This document shows positions 1 through 10,786 of a DNA stretch of 57,698 nt, one piece after another. The stretch comes from a candidate division TA06 bacterium (lineage in GTDB: Bacteria; Edwardsbacteria; AC1; EtOH8). Both the position numbers and the translations under genes were made by a program. A model generated the notes under the pieces. It ran no database searches and was not told where the DNA came from. It worked only from the letters and a program-made list of their open reading frames with translations. Position 1 is the first letter of the stretch; every line of letters starts with the position of its first letter. The stretch spans positions 1 to 57,698 of the forward strand of contig JACQXR010000004.1 in the NCBI GenBank assembly GCA_016208585.1, written 5' to 3'.

Positions 1-940
1 CCTCTTACGGAGACATTGGGGCCAACGACAGCGCGGCTTCTGATCCATCTTATTATGTAACGGTCGGCGCTCCGCCGGTTTCGCCATATTTTGCCTGGGT
101 AAGGCTTGATATTAGCGCCTTGGGAGGCGGTTATGCCAAGACCGACAGCTTTAGGGTGGTGATTGGCAGCGCCGGGTATTTTGATAATGTGGAGGATACG
201 AATATCACGGCAAAAGTTACGGCTGAATCCCAGTGGCATATAACCGGACAAAGTTTCTACAGCTCCGCCCACAGCTGGTGGTGCGGCGACAGCGCTTCGG
301 GCCAATACGGCAATTCGCTGAACGCCTCGCTTACCCCGCCGGATATTATCCTGGGACCCAACAGCACTCTAAGTTTTTGGCATAAATACGATAGCGAAGT
401 TGGCTACGACTATTGCTATGTGGAATACAGCACCAACAGCGGGGGCAGTTGGAATCAGAAGGCTCCGTTTAACGGGTCTCAGACTTCATGGGTCAAACAA
501 ACATATGATCTGTCGTCTTTGGCATCAGGTACTGTTATTAAAATACGGTTTCGCTTTACCTCCGACGCTGGGGTAACCGGCTTAGGCTGGTATGTGGATG
601 ACATCAGGGTTCAGGAGATCACCGGGGTCTCTGAAACAATTATTGAACCAGCCCTGCCGGCGGGAATAAAATTGGGTTTGGCCTATCCCAATCCGGCTTC
701 TGACGGTGCCGTCATTAGTTATCAAAACTGCCGAATAAAACCTCGCTGGAACTTAAAGTATATAACATCACCGGCCAGGTAGTCAAGACCATTGACCTGG
801 GAACCAAAGATCCGGGATATCAAAAAGTGTATTGGGACGGCAGAGACCAAAATAATCAAAGGGTGGCGGCCGGAGTTTATTTTTACCAGCTTAACGCCGC
901 CGGTTTTTCGGCCACCAAAAAATTAATCATGGTAAAATAG
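1..940 (+). pseudogene. 3' part of a secreted multidomain protein (MAM / choice-of-anchor-J-like beta-sandwich plus T9SS-type C-terminal sorting domain). The reading frame breaks near 723-731.
   Basis: The frame is open from the window edge. The motif WH.T..SWWCGD..YDYCYVEYS.N.GGSW..GWYVDDIRV recurs in the next gene. The listed ORF stops at 782. A second frame continues LPNKTSLELKVYNITGQVVKTI..WDGRDQNNQRVAAGVYFYQL..KKLIMVK to TAG 938-940, which is a canonical T9SS/FlgD-Ig-like CTD. Confidence 0.6.
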
Positions 941-958
941 GAAATACAAAACTAAACC

Positions 959-987
959 GGGCGTTTTCCAGACAAAAGAAAACGCCC
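959..987 (+). terminator. Stem-loop downstream of the first gene (possible terminator, no U-tail)
   Basis: gggcgttttc (959-968) pairs perfectly with gaaaacgccc (978-987) across a 9-nt loop. No T-run follows. Confidence 0.35.
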
Positions 988-1013
988 ATCAATTATTAGA
1001 AAGGAAGGCCGCC

Positions 1014-3653
1014 ATGAAAAGGATCATTCTATCTATCCTGTCTGTAGTGTTTTTTAGCATTCAGGCAGACGCAATCAAACAGCTGGTTTTGATGAAATAT
1101 TCTGATAAAGCCGGGCTGGAAAAAATACTCAGCAATTCCAATCTTGATGTACTGAAAATAAAAAATAATTACGGCGTAGAATGCCTGGCCGATGATTCCG
1201 AAGTATCCAGCCTGAAAAGCCAGGGATTCTCCATAGACGTGATCATTGCCGATGTTATTGCCTATAACCGGAAGATCAAGGCCAATTATAAGTCGGATAC
1301 TTTTGGCCCCTACTACAGCTATGCCGAGGCCGTGGCCGAAATGAACCAGCTGCACGCCCAGTATCCATCTTTGGTTTCTGCGCCGGAATCGCTGGGCGCC
1401 GGGTGGGAACACCGTCCGGTGTGGGCTTTTAAAGTGTCAAGCAGTCCCACCTCTGACAACGGCAAGCCTGGCGTTCTTTACACCGGAGTTCACCACGCCC
1501 GGGAACCTATAGGCGTGACCATAAATCTGGGATTTGCCAGATATCTCTGCCAGAATTACAACTCCGATCCCGGCATAAAAACATTGTTAGACAACCGCCA
1601 GATATGGTTTGTTCCGATAGTCAATCCCGACGGCTACGTGTTCAACCAGACATATCCAGACTCCATGTGGCGCAAGAACCGCCGCAACAACGGCGACGGG
1701 ACCTACGGGGTGGACCCGAACCGGAATTATCCCTATAGGTGGGGTTACGATGATGTCGGCTCCAGTCCCACCCCGTCGTCCGAAACCTATCGCGGCCCTT
1801 CCGCCGGTTCCGAGCCGGAGATCCAGGCGGTGATGGCTTTGATGAGCCGGGAGGGGTACTTTAAAACGGCGCTTAACTACCACAGCTACAGCAATATGTG
1901 GATTTATCCCTGGGGTTATGTATCTGAGAATGTTCCGGATTCTTTGGTCTACCGGGATCTGGCCAAGGAGGTCGCCAGTTACAACGGCTACAGTTACGGC
2001 ACATCCTGGGAGCTTTTATATAACACCAACGGCGATGCCGACGACTATATGTATAAGGAAGAACCGGATAAACCAAAATGTTTTGCCTTTACCCCGGAGG
2101 TGGGCGAGTGGTTCTGGCAGGCCGACACCAGCATCATCGTCCAGCAATTTAACGATAACCTGATGCCGAATATCCTAACTGCCCAGGCCGCCGGTCTGTA
2201 TCTGGCAGCCACCGGGCAGACTTCCATCTCCGGGGGGGATGGCGATACCATAGCCGAGCCGGGCGAGATGGTAAATATGCTGGTCCAGCTTAAAAACCGG
2301 GCCATGGATCAAACCGCGATTTCGGTTACGGCCGTTATTAAAAGTGATGATCCCTATATAAATATAAAGCAGGCGGCTGCCGGATATGGCGATTTCCTTT
2401 CCCGGCAAAATAAAAATAACGTTTCCGCGCCGTACCAGTTGGATATTGATCCAGGCTGCCCGCTCGGACATCCGGCTTTGTTTAAAACCGGTATAACCTG
2501 TAATACTGGAGAAATGTTCAGCGACAGCTTTAAATTGACCATCGGACAACTGGCCCGCTTTGACACGGTATTTGCCGACTCGGTTGAGAATGGCGAGGGT
2601 GCATGGACTCACAGCGGCGGCGGTGATCTTTGGCATATCACCACCTACTCCAGCCATACGCCCAGCCACAGTTGGTACTGTGGGAACGAGGGGAGTTGGC
2701 AATATAACGATGACATGAATTGCCGGCTCGCTTCCGGCCCCATATCCTCTGAACGATTTAAGGCTCTGGAATTTTGGACCAGATACGGTTTGGAAACCGA
2801 CTACGATTACGGTTATGTGGAAATCTCCACCGATGGCGGCGCAACTTGGAAGAAGCTTGATTCAAGTTTTAATGGCACTGCCGGATGGACCAAAAAAGTC
2901 ATTGATTTAAGCGGTTATTCAGGAACCATTAAATTGGGGTTTCGCCTTTTTTCGGACATGTATGTGACCGATGAGGGCTGGTATTTGGATGACATTCTGG
3001 TAACCGGCGATACTAGCAGCAACCAACCTCCCGGCAGCCCGGCGCCGATTTCCCCGGCCGGCGGGGTAGTGGTTTTAGACCCCCTGCCCTATTTGACCGT
3101 AAGTAATTCCGGCGATCCCAATGGCGATGTTCTGTCCTACGGATTTAGCGTCTACTCCGATTCTCTGTTGACCAATATCTATGCCCAGGGAAAAAATGTG
3201 GTCTCCGGGTCCGGTACTACGGCTTGGCAGTTAAATAAAGCCCTGGTTCCAGGCCATTATTGGTGGAGAGCGTATGCCGATGACGGTAAAGAGAGAGGCT
3301 TGTTCTGCGATAAAGCCGATTTTGTCTATCAACCTACCGGGGTGCAGGATAAACCGGAACTCCCGGCGATTCCAAAAATCTACGCCATGGGACAGTTTTC
3401 CCCCAATCCTAGCAACGGATCCGCCGTGGTAAAATATCAGCTTCCCAAGGCCGGCCGGGTAAATCTGAAGATCTATAACGTTACCGGGCAAGTCATTAAA
3501 ACCCTATCAAACGGCCACAAAACGGCCGGGTATTATTCCATCGGCTGGGATGGCCGCGACGATTGGGGGCAAAAGGTCCGTTCAGGAATTTATTTCTACC
3601 AGTTACAAACCCCGGGTTATTCCTCAACCAAGAAAATCACGGTGATTAGGTGA
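1014..3653 (+). CDS. Secreted M14-family zinc carboxypeptidase with a MAM/choice-of-anchor-J-like module and a T9SS C-terminal sorting domain
   Basis: N-terminal signal peptide. Zinc motif HHAREPIG (HxxE) with NPDGY, WRKNRR and GVDPNRNY. A later module reads WHITT..SWYCGN..DYDYGYVEISTDGGATW..GWYLDDILV. The C-terminus reads NPSNGSAVVKYQLPKAGRVNLKIYNVTGQ..WDGRDDWGQKVRSGIYFYQL..KKITVIR. Confidence 0.85.
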   Translation: MKRIILSILSVVFFSIQADAIKQLVLMKYSDKAGLEKILSNSNLDVLKIKNNYGVECLADDSEVSSLKSQGFSIDVIIADVIAYNRKIKANYKSDTFGPYYSYAEAVAEMNQLHAQYPSLVSAPESLGAGWEHRPVWAFKVSSSPTSDNGKPGVLYTGVHHAREPIGVTINLGFARYLCQNYNSDPGIKTLLDNRQIWFVPIVNPDGYVFNQTYPDSMWRKNRRNNGDGTYGVDPNRNYPYRWGYDDVGSSPTPSSETYRGPSAGSEPEIQAVMALMSREGYFKTALNYHSYSNMWIYPWGYVSENVPDSLVYRDLAKEVASYNGYSYGTSWELLYNTNGDADDYMYKEEPDKPKCFAFTPEVGEWFWQADTSIIVQQFNDNLMPNILTAQAAGLYLAATGQTSISGGDGDTIAEPGEMVNMLVQLKNRAMDQTAISVTAVIKSDDPYINIKQAAAGYGDFLSRQNKNNVSAPYQLDIDPGCPLGHPALFKTGITCNTGEMFSDSFKLTIGQLARFDTVFADSVENGEGAWTHSGGGDLWHITTYSSHTPSHSWYCGNEGSWQYNDDMNCRLASGPISSERFKALEFWTRYGLETDYDYGYVEISTDGGATWKKLDSSFNGTAGWTKKVIDLSGYSGTIKLGFRLFSDMYVTDEGWYLDDILVTGDTSSNQPPGSPAPISPAGGVVVLDPLPYLTVSNSGDPNGDVLSYGFSVYSDSLLTNIYAQGKNVVSGSGTTAWQLNKALVPGHYWWRAYADDGKERGLFCDKADFVYQPTGVQDKPELPAIPKIYAMGQFSPNPSNGSAVVKYQLPKAGRVNLKIYNVTGQVIKTLSNGHKTAGYYSIGWDGRDDWGQKVRSGIYFYQLQTPGYSSTKKITVIR

Positions 3654-3692
3654 ACGATACAACTTTAGTCGTGCTTTAAGGGAAAGACGGTT

Positions 3693-5363
3693 ATGAAGAA
3701 GGTCCTGTTATTAATCCCTGTCTTGCTGTTGCTTCTGGCCTCGGGAAACCTTTGGGCCCAGCAGATAGATTTGATCCCGGTGAAGATATTTATCTCTTCG
3801 CATGACGATGTCTACAAGTTCCAGGCCCTGGGCGTGGGCATAGAGGAACTGCGTAAAGGGTATATAGAGGCCCGGGTCACAAAGGCCAAATATGCGGAAC
3901 TGCAAGTCCTGGGCTGGATGGTGGAGAAAATAGAACCAGTTATAGTTGATGAGAAAATAGTATCCGCCTACCACAACTACGACTGGCTTACGGCCAAGCT
4001 GGATTCGGCCCATAATAATTATCCCAATATTACCAAACTGATCTCCATCGGCGCTTCGGTTCAAGGCCGAGAGCTTTGGGCGCTGATGGTGTCCGATAAT
4101 CCAGATAGCGCTGAAAACGAGGCCGAGTTGCGCTTTGCCGCCACTATCCACGGAAACGAGCCGGTGGGAACCGAGCTGTGTATAGCTATGATAGATTCTC
4201 TTACGCAGTGTTATGACAGCATTCCCGCCATAAAAGATCTGGTAGATAATCGTGAAATATGGTTCTTGCCGATGTTCAATCCCGACGGCCACGCCGCCAA
4301 CAGCCGTTACAACGCCAACGGAATGGATTTGAACAGGAATTATCCCGTGCCCGACGGTTCAATTGGTGATGACGGTACGTATGCTGTCGAACTTGAAAAC
4401 CAGAACATGATGAATTGGGTTAATTCCAGGCATTTTGTTTTGGGCTGCATGTATCATGAGGGCGCCGTAGTAGTTAACTATCAATGGGACTACAGCGGTG
4501 CTCCAACTCCCGATGATCGACTAATCAGAGAAGTATCGCTGGGATATGCGCGGCTTAATAGTTTACTATATAATGAAAATTACGATTACGATAACGATGG
4601 ACAAGCCGATAGCGGCGTGGTGTTTGGATATTATTGGTATCCGGTATCCGGTTCTTTGCAGGATTGGTCGTATTTTGCCAACTCCTGTATAGATTTAACG
4701 ATAGAAATTGACACCTTAAAAACTCCACCCGCTTCGCACCTTCCCCAGCGGTGGGCAGATAACCGCAGTTCAATGCTGTATCTTATCCGCCAGTCCGGAT
4801 TGGGCATCCAGGGCATAGTTACCGATTCGGCCTCTGGCCAGCCTTTGGACTTTGTTCAGGTTGAGGTGGTCGGAATTAATAAGTCTGTTTACACCGACAC
4901 CATCGGCGACTATCACCGGATGCTGCTTTCGGGGACCTACGATTTTACATTTTCCAAGGAAGGATATTTCCCCAAGACCATCAGCGGCGTCCGGGTCAAC
5001 TACGACAGCCTGACCATTCTGGACGTAGCCCTGGCCAAAGACCCGGGGGAAGTAACCGGGGGAAAGCCTTCGGAAATAGTCTGGCAAAAAGGTCAGCTCT
5101 TAAATAACAGGCCAAATCCCTTCAGCAATCAGACGGCCATCAATTACCAGATCGCAAAATCAGGAATAGTCAGCCTGAAGGTATACAATGCGGCCGGGCA
5201 ATTAGTAAGGATATTAGATGAGGGATATCGGATCTCGGGGGAACATAGCGTTAACTGGGACGGCCGGGACAAGAGCGGCAAGAATGTTTCCAACGGGGTA
5301 TACATTTATCGACTTCAGGCCGGGGATATTAGCCAAACCAGAAAGATGGTAGTTTTGAGGTAA
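3693..5363 (+). CDS. Secreted M14 carboxypeptidase (N/E-like subfamily) with a carboxypeptidase-regulatory-like domain and a T9SS C-terminal sorting domain
   Basis: Signal peptide. ATIHGNEPVG (HxxE), MFNPDGH and DLNRNYP. Followed by GIQGIVTDSASGQPLDFVQVEVVG..GTYDFTFSKEGYFPK. The C-terminus reads NPFSNQTAINYQIAKSGIVSLKVYNAAGQ..WDGRDKSGKNVSNGVYIYRL..RKMVVLR. Confidence 0.85.
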   Translation: MKKVLLLIPVLLLLLASGNLWAQQIDLIPVKIFISSHDDVYKFQALGVGIEELRKGYIEARVTKAKYAELQVLGWMVEKIEPVIVDEKIVSAYHNYDWLTAKLDSAHNNYPNITKLISIGASVQGRELWALMVSDNPDSAENEAELRFAATIHGNEPVGTELCIAMIDSLTQCYDSIPAIKDLVDNREIWFLPMFNPDGHAANSRYNANGMDLNRNYPVPDGSIGDDGTYAVELENQNMMNWVNSRHFVLGCMYHEGAVVVNYQWDYSGAPTPDDRLIREVSLGYARLNSLLYNENYDYDNDGQADSGVVFGYYWYPVSGSLQDWSYFANSCIDLTIEIDTLKTPPASHLPQRWADNRSSMLYLIRQSGLGIQGIVTDSASGQPLDFVQVEVVGINKSVYTDTIGDYHRMLLSGTYDFTFSKEGYFPKTISGVRVNYDSLTILDVALAKDPGEVTGGKPSEIVWQKGQLLNNRPNPFSNQTAINYQIAKSGIVSLKVYNAAGQLVRILDEGYRISGEHSVNWDGRDKSGKNVSNGVYIYRLQAGDISQTRKMVVLR

Positions 5364-5588
5364 ATCAGGGTGTTGATTTGAACAAAACGAGGTGTTTCAG
5401 GTAGGGTAAAAAATTGTCCCAAGGCAAAGATAATCGTTCTACGGTCATTTAAATCAGCCGTTTTTTAGAGGGGTCAGATTTCCGATTTCAAATCAACAGC
5501 CTGTAAATCTTGTAAAATATCCTAATAGCCCAAATCAATATTTTGACTTGGGCTATTTTATTTTGATAAATATATTTTAACAAATATA

Positions 5589-5617
5589 TTGCAAGCGCGC
5601 CGTAAATTTGGTATCAT
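5589..5617 (+). promoter_or_regulatory. Sigma70-like promoter candidate for the flavoprotein/GGDEF/ugd gene string
   Basis: TTGCAA (5589-5594), a 17-nt spacer, then TATCAT (5612-5617), about 70 nt upstream of the CDS. Confidence 0.4.
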
Positions 5618-5688
5618 ACGATGTTAAACTATTTGCCGCAATTGCAGTTAGGTAAACTATAATTTCCAAATCCACGGACAAAAAAATA

Positions 5689-6909
5689 TTGATAATCGGC
5701 GGCGGGCCGGCCGGCATGATGGCTGCGATAACTGCGGCCAGGGCAGGCTCACAGGTCATGCTGTTGGAAAAAATGCCGGCTTTGGGCCGCAAGCTGTTGC
5801 TTACCGGCCAGGGCCGTTGCAACGTCACCAATAACCTTGATCCCAGGCAGTTTATAGCCGACTGCGGTCCCGGCGCCCGTTTTTTGTATGGAGCCTTGGA
5901 CCGTTTTTCCAGCCAGGATACTCTGGATTTCTTTGAACAGCTGGGAGTGCGCATGGTGCTGGAGCGGGGCGGAAGGTTTTTTCCCGAATCCCAAAAATCC
6001 AGAGACATATTGCTGGCTCTGCAAAAAGCCCTGAAGCAGGCCGGGGTGGAAGTAATCACCAATGCCAGGGTCTTAAATATTTCGAAACAACTTCAAGGTT
6101 ATAGAATATCTACACCGGGCAAGACATACTCTGCCGATACCCTGATAATAGCCACTGGGGGAAAATCCTATCCGGCCACCGGTTCCACCGGGGACGGTTA
6201 CGGTTTGGCCAAAACCTTCGGGCATATAATTGTCCCGCCTAGGCCCAGCGATGTGCCGCTGACCATTAAGGAAGATTTTGTCAAACAGCTTCAGGGATTA
6301 AGCCTGAAGAATGTGGCGTTGAATTTTTCCCAGGGCAAAAAAAAGATCTCTTTTTTCGGGGAGATGTTGTTTACCCATTACGGCATATCCGGGCCGATAG
6401 CGCTGGATGCCAGCAGACAGGTTGGCCGGTGGCTTAAGGATGGACCAGCGCAATGTTCAATAGACCTGAAGCCCGCTCTGTCAAACGAAATTCTGGATCA
6501 GCGGCTGCTGCGCGACATGGATCTGCAGGGCAGGAAGACCTACAAAAATTTTTTGAAAGGACTGCTGCCAGCCAGCCTGATCCCGGTATTCTGTTCCCTA
6601 TCCCGGATAAGCCCGGATGCCTTAGTCAATCAACTGAACAAAGAACAGCGGGGCGCGACAAAAAAACTGCTGAAGGGAATAAATTTCACCGTCACCGGTT
6701 TAAGGGGCTATGACGAAGCGGTGGTTACCGCCGGCGGAGTGGATTTATCAGAGGTTAATCCCAAAACCATGGAATCAAAAAAAACTTCAGGGCTTTATTT
6801 TTGCGGGGAAGTGCTGGATCTGGACGGACCCTGCGGCGGCTATAATCTGCAGATAGCCTGGTCCACCGGATTTGCGGCCGGAAGCAGCGCAACCGGACGG
6901 TCTTTCTGA
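5689..6909 (+). CDS. NAD(P)/FAD-dependent oxidoreductase, BaiN/YhiN (HI0933-like) family
   Basis: N-terminal Rossmann motif IIGGGPAGMMAAITAARAG. Later ATGGKSYPATGSTGDGY and C-terminal GLYFCGEVLDLDGPCGGYNLQIAWSTG. The start is TTG, with no upstream in-frame ATG before the stop at 5653. Confidence 0.8.
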   Translation: MIIGGGPAGMMAAITAARAGSQVMLLEKMPALGRKLLLTGQGRCNVTNNLDPRQFIADCGPGARFLYGALDRFSSQDTLDFFEQLGVRMVLERGGRFFPESQKSRDILLALQKALKQAGVEVITNARVLNISKQLQGYRISTPGKTYSADTLIIATGGKSYPATGSTGDGYGLAKTFGHIIVPPRPSDVPLTIKEDFVKQLQGLSLKNVALNFSQGKKKISFFGEMLFTHYGISGPIALDASRQVGRWLKDGPAQCSIDLKPALSNEILDQRLLRDMDLQGRKTYKNFLKGLLPASLIPVFCSLSRISPDALVNQLNKEQRGATKKLLKGINFTVTGLRGYDEAVVTAGGVDLSEVNPKTMESKKTSGLYFCGEVLDLDGPCGGYNLQIAWSTGFAAGSSATGRSF

Positions 6910-8525
6910 TGAACGATAAAATTCAAGACATAAACCAGGAACAAAGACATCTGGAGGTGATGTCGGCCTGGGTGCGTTGGGCGGTGCTGTTCCTGGCGGC
7001 GCTGCTGACGGCGGCGCATCCCGAACAGCTGGGATACAGCGGGCTGGGGCTGATCATCGTGCTGACCGGGGCGGCGGTTTATAACCTGCTGATAATTCTG
7101 GCCAGTGCCAGGATCTTTGATGTTTTAAGGCGCCGGTCCATTACCCTGGGATTTGATCTGGTTTTCGCCACCCTGCTGATCGCTTTCACCGGGGGAAGTC
7201 GCAGCCAGTTCTTTTACCTTTATTATCTGGCCGTGATCTGGGCGGCCCTGCTGGGCAGCCGCCAGGGAGCTCTTAAAGCCGCGGGCGCGTCGATAGTCCT
7301 TTATTTTGCGGCGCTGGCCTGGCGCCGGGAATTGGTGCGGGAACAATTGTTTTTATATGATCTGTTGTTTAAAATCGGCCTGCTGTCGTTGACCGCCTTT
7401 TGGGCCGGTTTTATTTCCGACCAGCAGAAGCTCTGGCGCAGCCGCCACCTGGAGCTGAGCCGGGCGGCAGACGAGTGGACCCGCACCGTCTCTAATATCC
7501 ACTCGGCTGCCATGTTTGGGATCGGAGCGCTGATATCCTCCTCCAAGGATATAGAGGAAACCCTGGGGCTGACCCTGGACGCCATCGAGGACATAGTAAA
7601 ATCCGACCGCTGCTCCATTCTCCTTTTAGACTTCGACACCAGGGAACTGGTGCTGCGGGCTGCCCGGGGGATGAGGGCCGGGATGGTGGGCAAGCTGCGG
7701 CTGCAAGCAGATCAGGGAATCGCCGGAGAAGTGCTTAAGACCGGCCTTCCCAAGAACGTTCCCGACACCGACCTGGAGCCGATGTTCGTGCCCTCGCCCA
7801 AGGGATATGATAAGATCCGCTCCATGCTGGTGTTTCCCTTGATGGTCAGGGAAAAAAGGATGGGAGTGATCAACATCTCCGAGGTCAAGGGCAAAAGGGA
7901 GTTCACACCCAGCGAGCTTTCGGCCATCAAATTGATCGCCGATTACGCGGCCCTGGCCCTGGAAAACGCCGGCATCATGGAAGAGAAGGAGAGGGAAGCC
8001 ACCACCGACGGCCTGACCGGGCTTTACAACTACCGTTATTTTTGGGAAGAACTGGTGCTCTTATTGAAAGATGAAAAGCAACATCCCCTGTCCCTGATCT
8101 GGATGGACCTGGACCACTTCAAGGAATACAACGACGTCTTCGGACACCTTAAGGGAAGCGAGATACTGAAAAGGATGGGCAACATAATCGGGTCGGTCCT
8201 GGCCGGACAATCTCCGGTGATCTGCCGGTACGGCGGAGACGAATTTGCGGTAATCCTCAAGAACTCCGACAAAGGCCAAACCTGCCGGGCGGCCGAGGCC
8301 GTCAGGATTTCCATCTATCGGACCGAATTCTCCCAGACCCGCCCCGACGGGAAAAAACTTTCGGCCAGTCTGGGGGTGGCTGTCTTTCCGGGCGATGCCA
8401 GGGACGGCAGGGAGCTGGTGGAAAAGGCCGACCAGGCCATGTACTTCGCCAAAGAGCAGGGCAAGAACCGGGTAGCCTGCTGGGCCTCGGATAAAATAAT
8501 TCTGACGGGCGGATTTGAAAGATAA
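6909..8525 (+). CDS. Membrane-anchored GAF-GGDEF diguanylate cyclase
   Basis: Several N-terminal TM helices and a central GAF-like region (SDRCSILLLD..GIAGEVLKTG). The C-terminal domain has TDGLTGLYNYRYF and an intact RYGGDEFAV active-site motif. The ATG overlaps the upstream stop (tgATGa). Confidence 0.85.
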   Translation: MNDKIQDINQEQRHLEVMSAWVRWAVLFLAALLTAAHPEQLGYSGLGLIIVLTGAAVYNLLIILASARIFDVLRRRSITLGFDLVFATLLIAFTGGSRSQFFYLYYLAVIWAALLGSRQGALKAAGASIVLYFAALAWRRELVREQLFLYDLLFKIGLLSLTAFWAGFISDQQKLWRSRHLELSRAADEWTRTVSNIHSAAMFGIGALISSSKDIEETLGLTLDAIEDIVKSDRCSILLLDFDTRELVLRAARGMRAGMVGKLRLQADQGIAGEVLKTGLPKNVPDTDLEPMFVPSPKGYDKIRSMLVFPLMVREKRMGVINISEVKGKREFTPSELSAIKLIADYAALALENAGIMEEKEREATTDGLTGLYNYRYFWEELVLLLKDEKQHPLSLIWMDLDHFKEYNDVFGHLKGSEILKRMGNIIGSVLAGQSPVICRYGGDEFAVILKNSDKGQTCRAAEAVRISIYRTEFSQTRPDGKKLSASLGVAVFPGDARDGRELVEKADQAMYFAKEQGKNRVACWASDKIILTGGFER

Positions 8526-8562
8526 AAAACTAATAAAAAATATAAAAAACCGGGAGAAGATC

Positions 8563-9846
8563 ATGAAGTTAGCAATAGTGGGGACCGGATATGTGGGTCT
8601 GGTCTCCGGGGTTTGTTTTGCCGAATGGGGCCACCAGGTAATCTGCGTGGATAATGATGAACGGAAGATCAATATGCTTAAGAAAGGCCAGATCCCGATA
8701 TACGAGCCCGGGCTGAAGGAATTGATGGACAAGAACCTTTCCCATCTTACCTTTACCGCTTCCATCGAAGAAGCCACCGATAAATCGGACATCATCTTCA
8801 TCGCCGTGGGTACGCCGCCCCGTCCCAACGGGGAAGCCGACCTGTCGGCGGTGGAAACCGTGGCCGCCACCGTGGCCCGCCGGATGAAGTCCTACAAACT
8901 GGTAGTGGAGAAGTCCACCGTGCCGGTGCAGACCGGCGACCAGGTCAAACGCACCATGGCCTTGAACAACGTCAACAAAGTGGAATTTGACGTGGCCTCC
9001 AATCCCGAGTTCTTAAGGGAAGGCACGGCCATCGAGGATTCCTTAAAGCCCGACCGGGTGGTGTTTGGCACCGACTCCGAGAGGGCCAGGAAAATGCTGA
9101 TGGAATTATACAGCCCCCTGGGCTGTCCCATAGTGGCCACCGACATCCAGAGCTCGGAGCTGATCAAGCATGCCTCCAATTCATTCCTGGCCATGAAGAT
9201 CTCCTTCATCAACGCGGTTTCGGTAATCTGCGAAAAATCCGGGGCCAACGTGGAACAGGTGGCCTACGGCATGGGGCTGGACAAGAGGATCGGCCGGTCC
9301 TTTTTGAGCGCCGGGATCGGGTTCGGCGGTTTCTGTTTTCCCAAGGATCTGCAGGCTTTCATCCGGATCTCGGAAAAATTAGGCTACGATTTCAAATTGC
9401 TGAAGGAGGTTGAAGGGATCAATGACCAGCAAAAGATCAACTTCGTGAAAAAGATCGAAGAGACGGTGTGGAACATTTCGGGCAAGACCATCGGAATTCT
9501 GGGGCTGGCCTTTAAGCCCAACACCGACGACATGCGGTTTGCCCCGTCCATCGAAATCATAGAAGCCCTGCAGAAGGACGGAGCAAAGGTCAAGGCCTAC
9601 GATCCGGTTTCCATGGACCGGGCCAGGCAGATTTTAAAGGGTGTCCAATACTGCGACAACCCCTACGATGCGGCCAGGGATGCCGATTGTTTGGCTATCG
9701 TCACCGAATGGGACGAGTTCAAAAACCTGGATATGTCAAAAATAAAATCCCTGCTGAAAGTTCCGGCCCTAGTGGACGGACGCAATATCTTTGACCCCCG
9801 GAAAATGAAAGAACTTGGCTTTACCTACAAGGGAATCGGTCGATGA
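8563..9846 (+). CDS. ugd: UDP-glucose 6-dehydrogenase
   Basis: [16 protein letters not shown] dinucleotide fold and the catalytic-Cys motif [11 protein letters not shown] chose ATG 8563, preceded by gggagaag, rather than the TTG at 8515. Confidence 0.85.
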   Translation: MKLAIVGTGYVGLVSGVCFAEWGHQVICVDNDERKINMLKKGQIPIYEPGLKELMDKNLSHLTFTASIEEATDKSDIIFIAVGTPPRPNGEADLSAVETVAATVARRMKSYKLVVEKSTVPVQTGDQVKRTMALNNVNKVEFDVASNPEFLREGTAIEDSLKPDRVVFGTDSERARKMLMELYSPLGCPIVATDIQSSELIKHASNSFLAMKISFINAVSVICEKSGANVEQVAYGMGLDKRIGRSFLSAGIGFGGFCFPKDLQAFIRISEKLGYDFKLLKEVEGINDQQKINFVKKIEETVWNISGKTIGILGLAFKPNTDDMRFAPSIEIIEALQKDGAKVKAYDPVSMDRARQILKGVQYCDNPYDAARDADCLAIVTEWDEFKNLDMSKIKSLLKVPALVDGRNIFDPRKMKELGFTYKGIGR

Positions 9847-10775
9847 GGATACTGGTGGCCGGGGGGGCGGGCTTTCTAGGCTCCCACTTGTGCGACCGTC
9901 TGCTGATCGACGGACATCAGGTCCTGGCCCTGGACAATTTGATCACCGGGAGCTTAGAGAACATCAGCCGCCTGCAGCATCGGGACGATTTTAATTTCAT
10001 CGAGCAGGACGTGACCAAGCCGTTCAAGATCGGGGGGCCGGTTGATTTCATATTTGACCTGGCCTCGCCGGCCAGCCCGATAGATTTTGTGAAGATCCCG
10101 ATGGAGATACTGCTGGCGGGATCGTATGGGGTGCATAATCTGCTGGAACTGGCCAAGGCTAAGAAGGCCGGGTTTCTTTTAACATCCACTTCCGAGGTCT
10201 ACGGCGATCCGCTGGTGCATCCCCAGAGCGAGGACTACTGGGGCAATGTCAATCCCATCGGGCCGCGCAGCGTCTACGACGAGTCCAAACGCTATGCCGA
10301 GGCCCTGACCATGGCCTATCACCGGTTCCACCGCATCGATATCAGGATAGTCAGGATATTCAACACCTACGGTCCCCGGATGCGCTTGGACGACGGGCGG
10401 GTGGTGCCCACCCTGATCGACCAGGCCCTAAACAACCGCCCCCTGTCTGTCTTTGGGGACGGCAGCCAGACCCGCAGTTTCTGTTACTCCTCGGACCTGA
10501 TCGAGGGAATCTATTTGGCCATGAAGTCAGCTGAACACCAACCCATCAACCTGGGCAACCCCCATGAGATGACCATCCTGGCGTTCGCCCAGGCCATTCA
10601 AAAGTACACAGGCGCCAAATCCACCATTGAGAATAAACCTCTGCCGGCCGACGATCCCAAAGTAAGGAGGCCGGATATTAGCCGGGCAAAAAGAGTTTTG
10701 AACTGGGAGCCGAAGGTCGGCTTTGAGCAAGGAATAAAACAGACGATAGATTGGTTCGCTGAAAAAAACAACTAA
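9843..10775 (+). CDS. uxs: UDP-glucuronate decarboxylase (UDP-xylose synthase-like SDR)
   Basis: [17 protein letters not shown] catalytic YDESKRYAE (YxxxK), and [10 protein letters not shown] typical of UXS/ArnA-decarboxylase-type enzymes. The ATG overlaps the ugd stop. Confidence 0.8.
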   Translation: MRILVAGGAGFLGSHLCDRLLIDGHQVLALDNLITGSLENISRLQHRDDFNFIEQDVTKPFKIGGPVDFIFDLASPASPIDFVKIPMEILLAGSYGVHNLLELAKAKKAGFLLTSTSEVYGDPLVHPQSEDYWGNVNPIGPRSVYDESKRYAEALTMAYHRFHRIDIRIVRIFNTYGPRMRLDDGRVVPTLIDQALNNRPLSVFGDGSQTRSFCYSSDLIEGIYLAMKSAEHQPINLGNPHEMTILAFAQAIQKYTGAKSTIENKPLPADDPKVRRPDISRAKRVLNWEPKVGFEQGIKQTIDWFAEKNN

Positions 10776-10786
10776 TAGAAAACAGG

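Noticed and set aside
5372-5497. An 11-nt perfect inverted match (gttgatttgaa / ttcaaatcaac) about 105 nt apart, and a 12-nt motif tttttagagggg shared with 52835-52846
   Set aside because: A back-of-envelope expectation gives about one or two 11-mer inverted matches within ~150 nt by chance in a window of this size. Exact 12-mers shared between any two places in ~58 kb are expected many times over. Neither match is significant on its own.
8061-8870. 269-aa ORF on the minus strand spanning the GGDEF/ugd junction
   Set aside because: It is antisense to two well-supported genes with clear motifs. Its sequence is Arg/Pro/Gly-rich and low in complexity, which is typical of shadow ORFs in GC-rich coding DNA.
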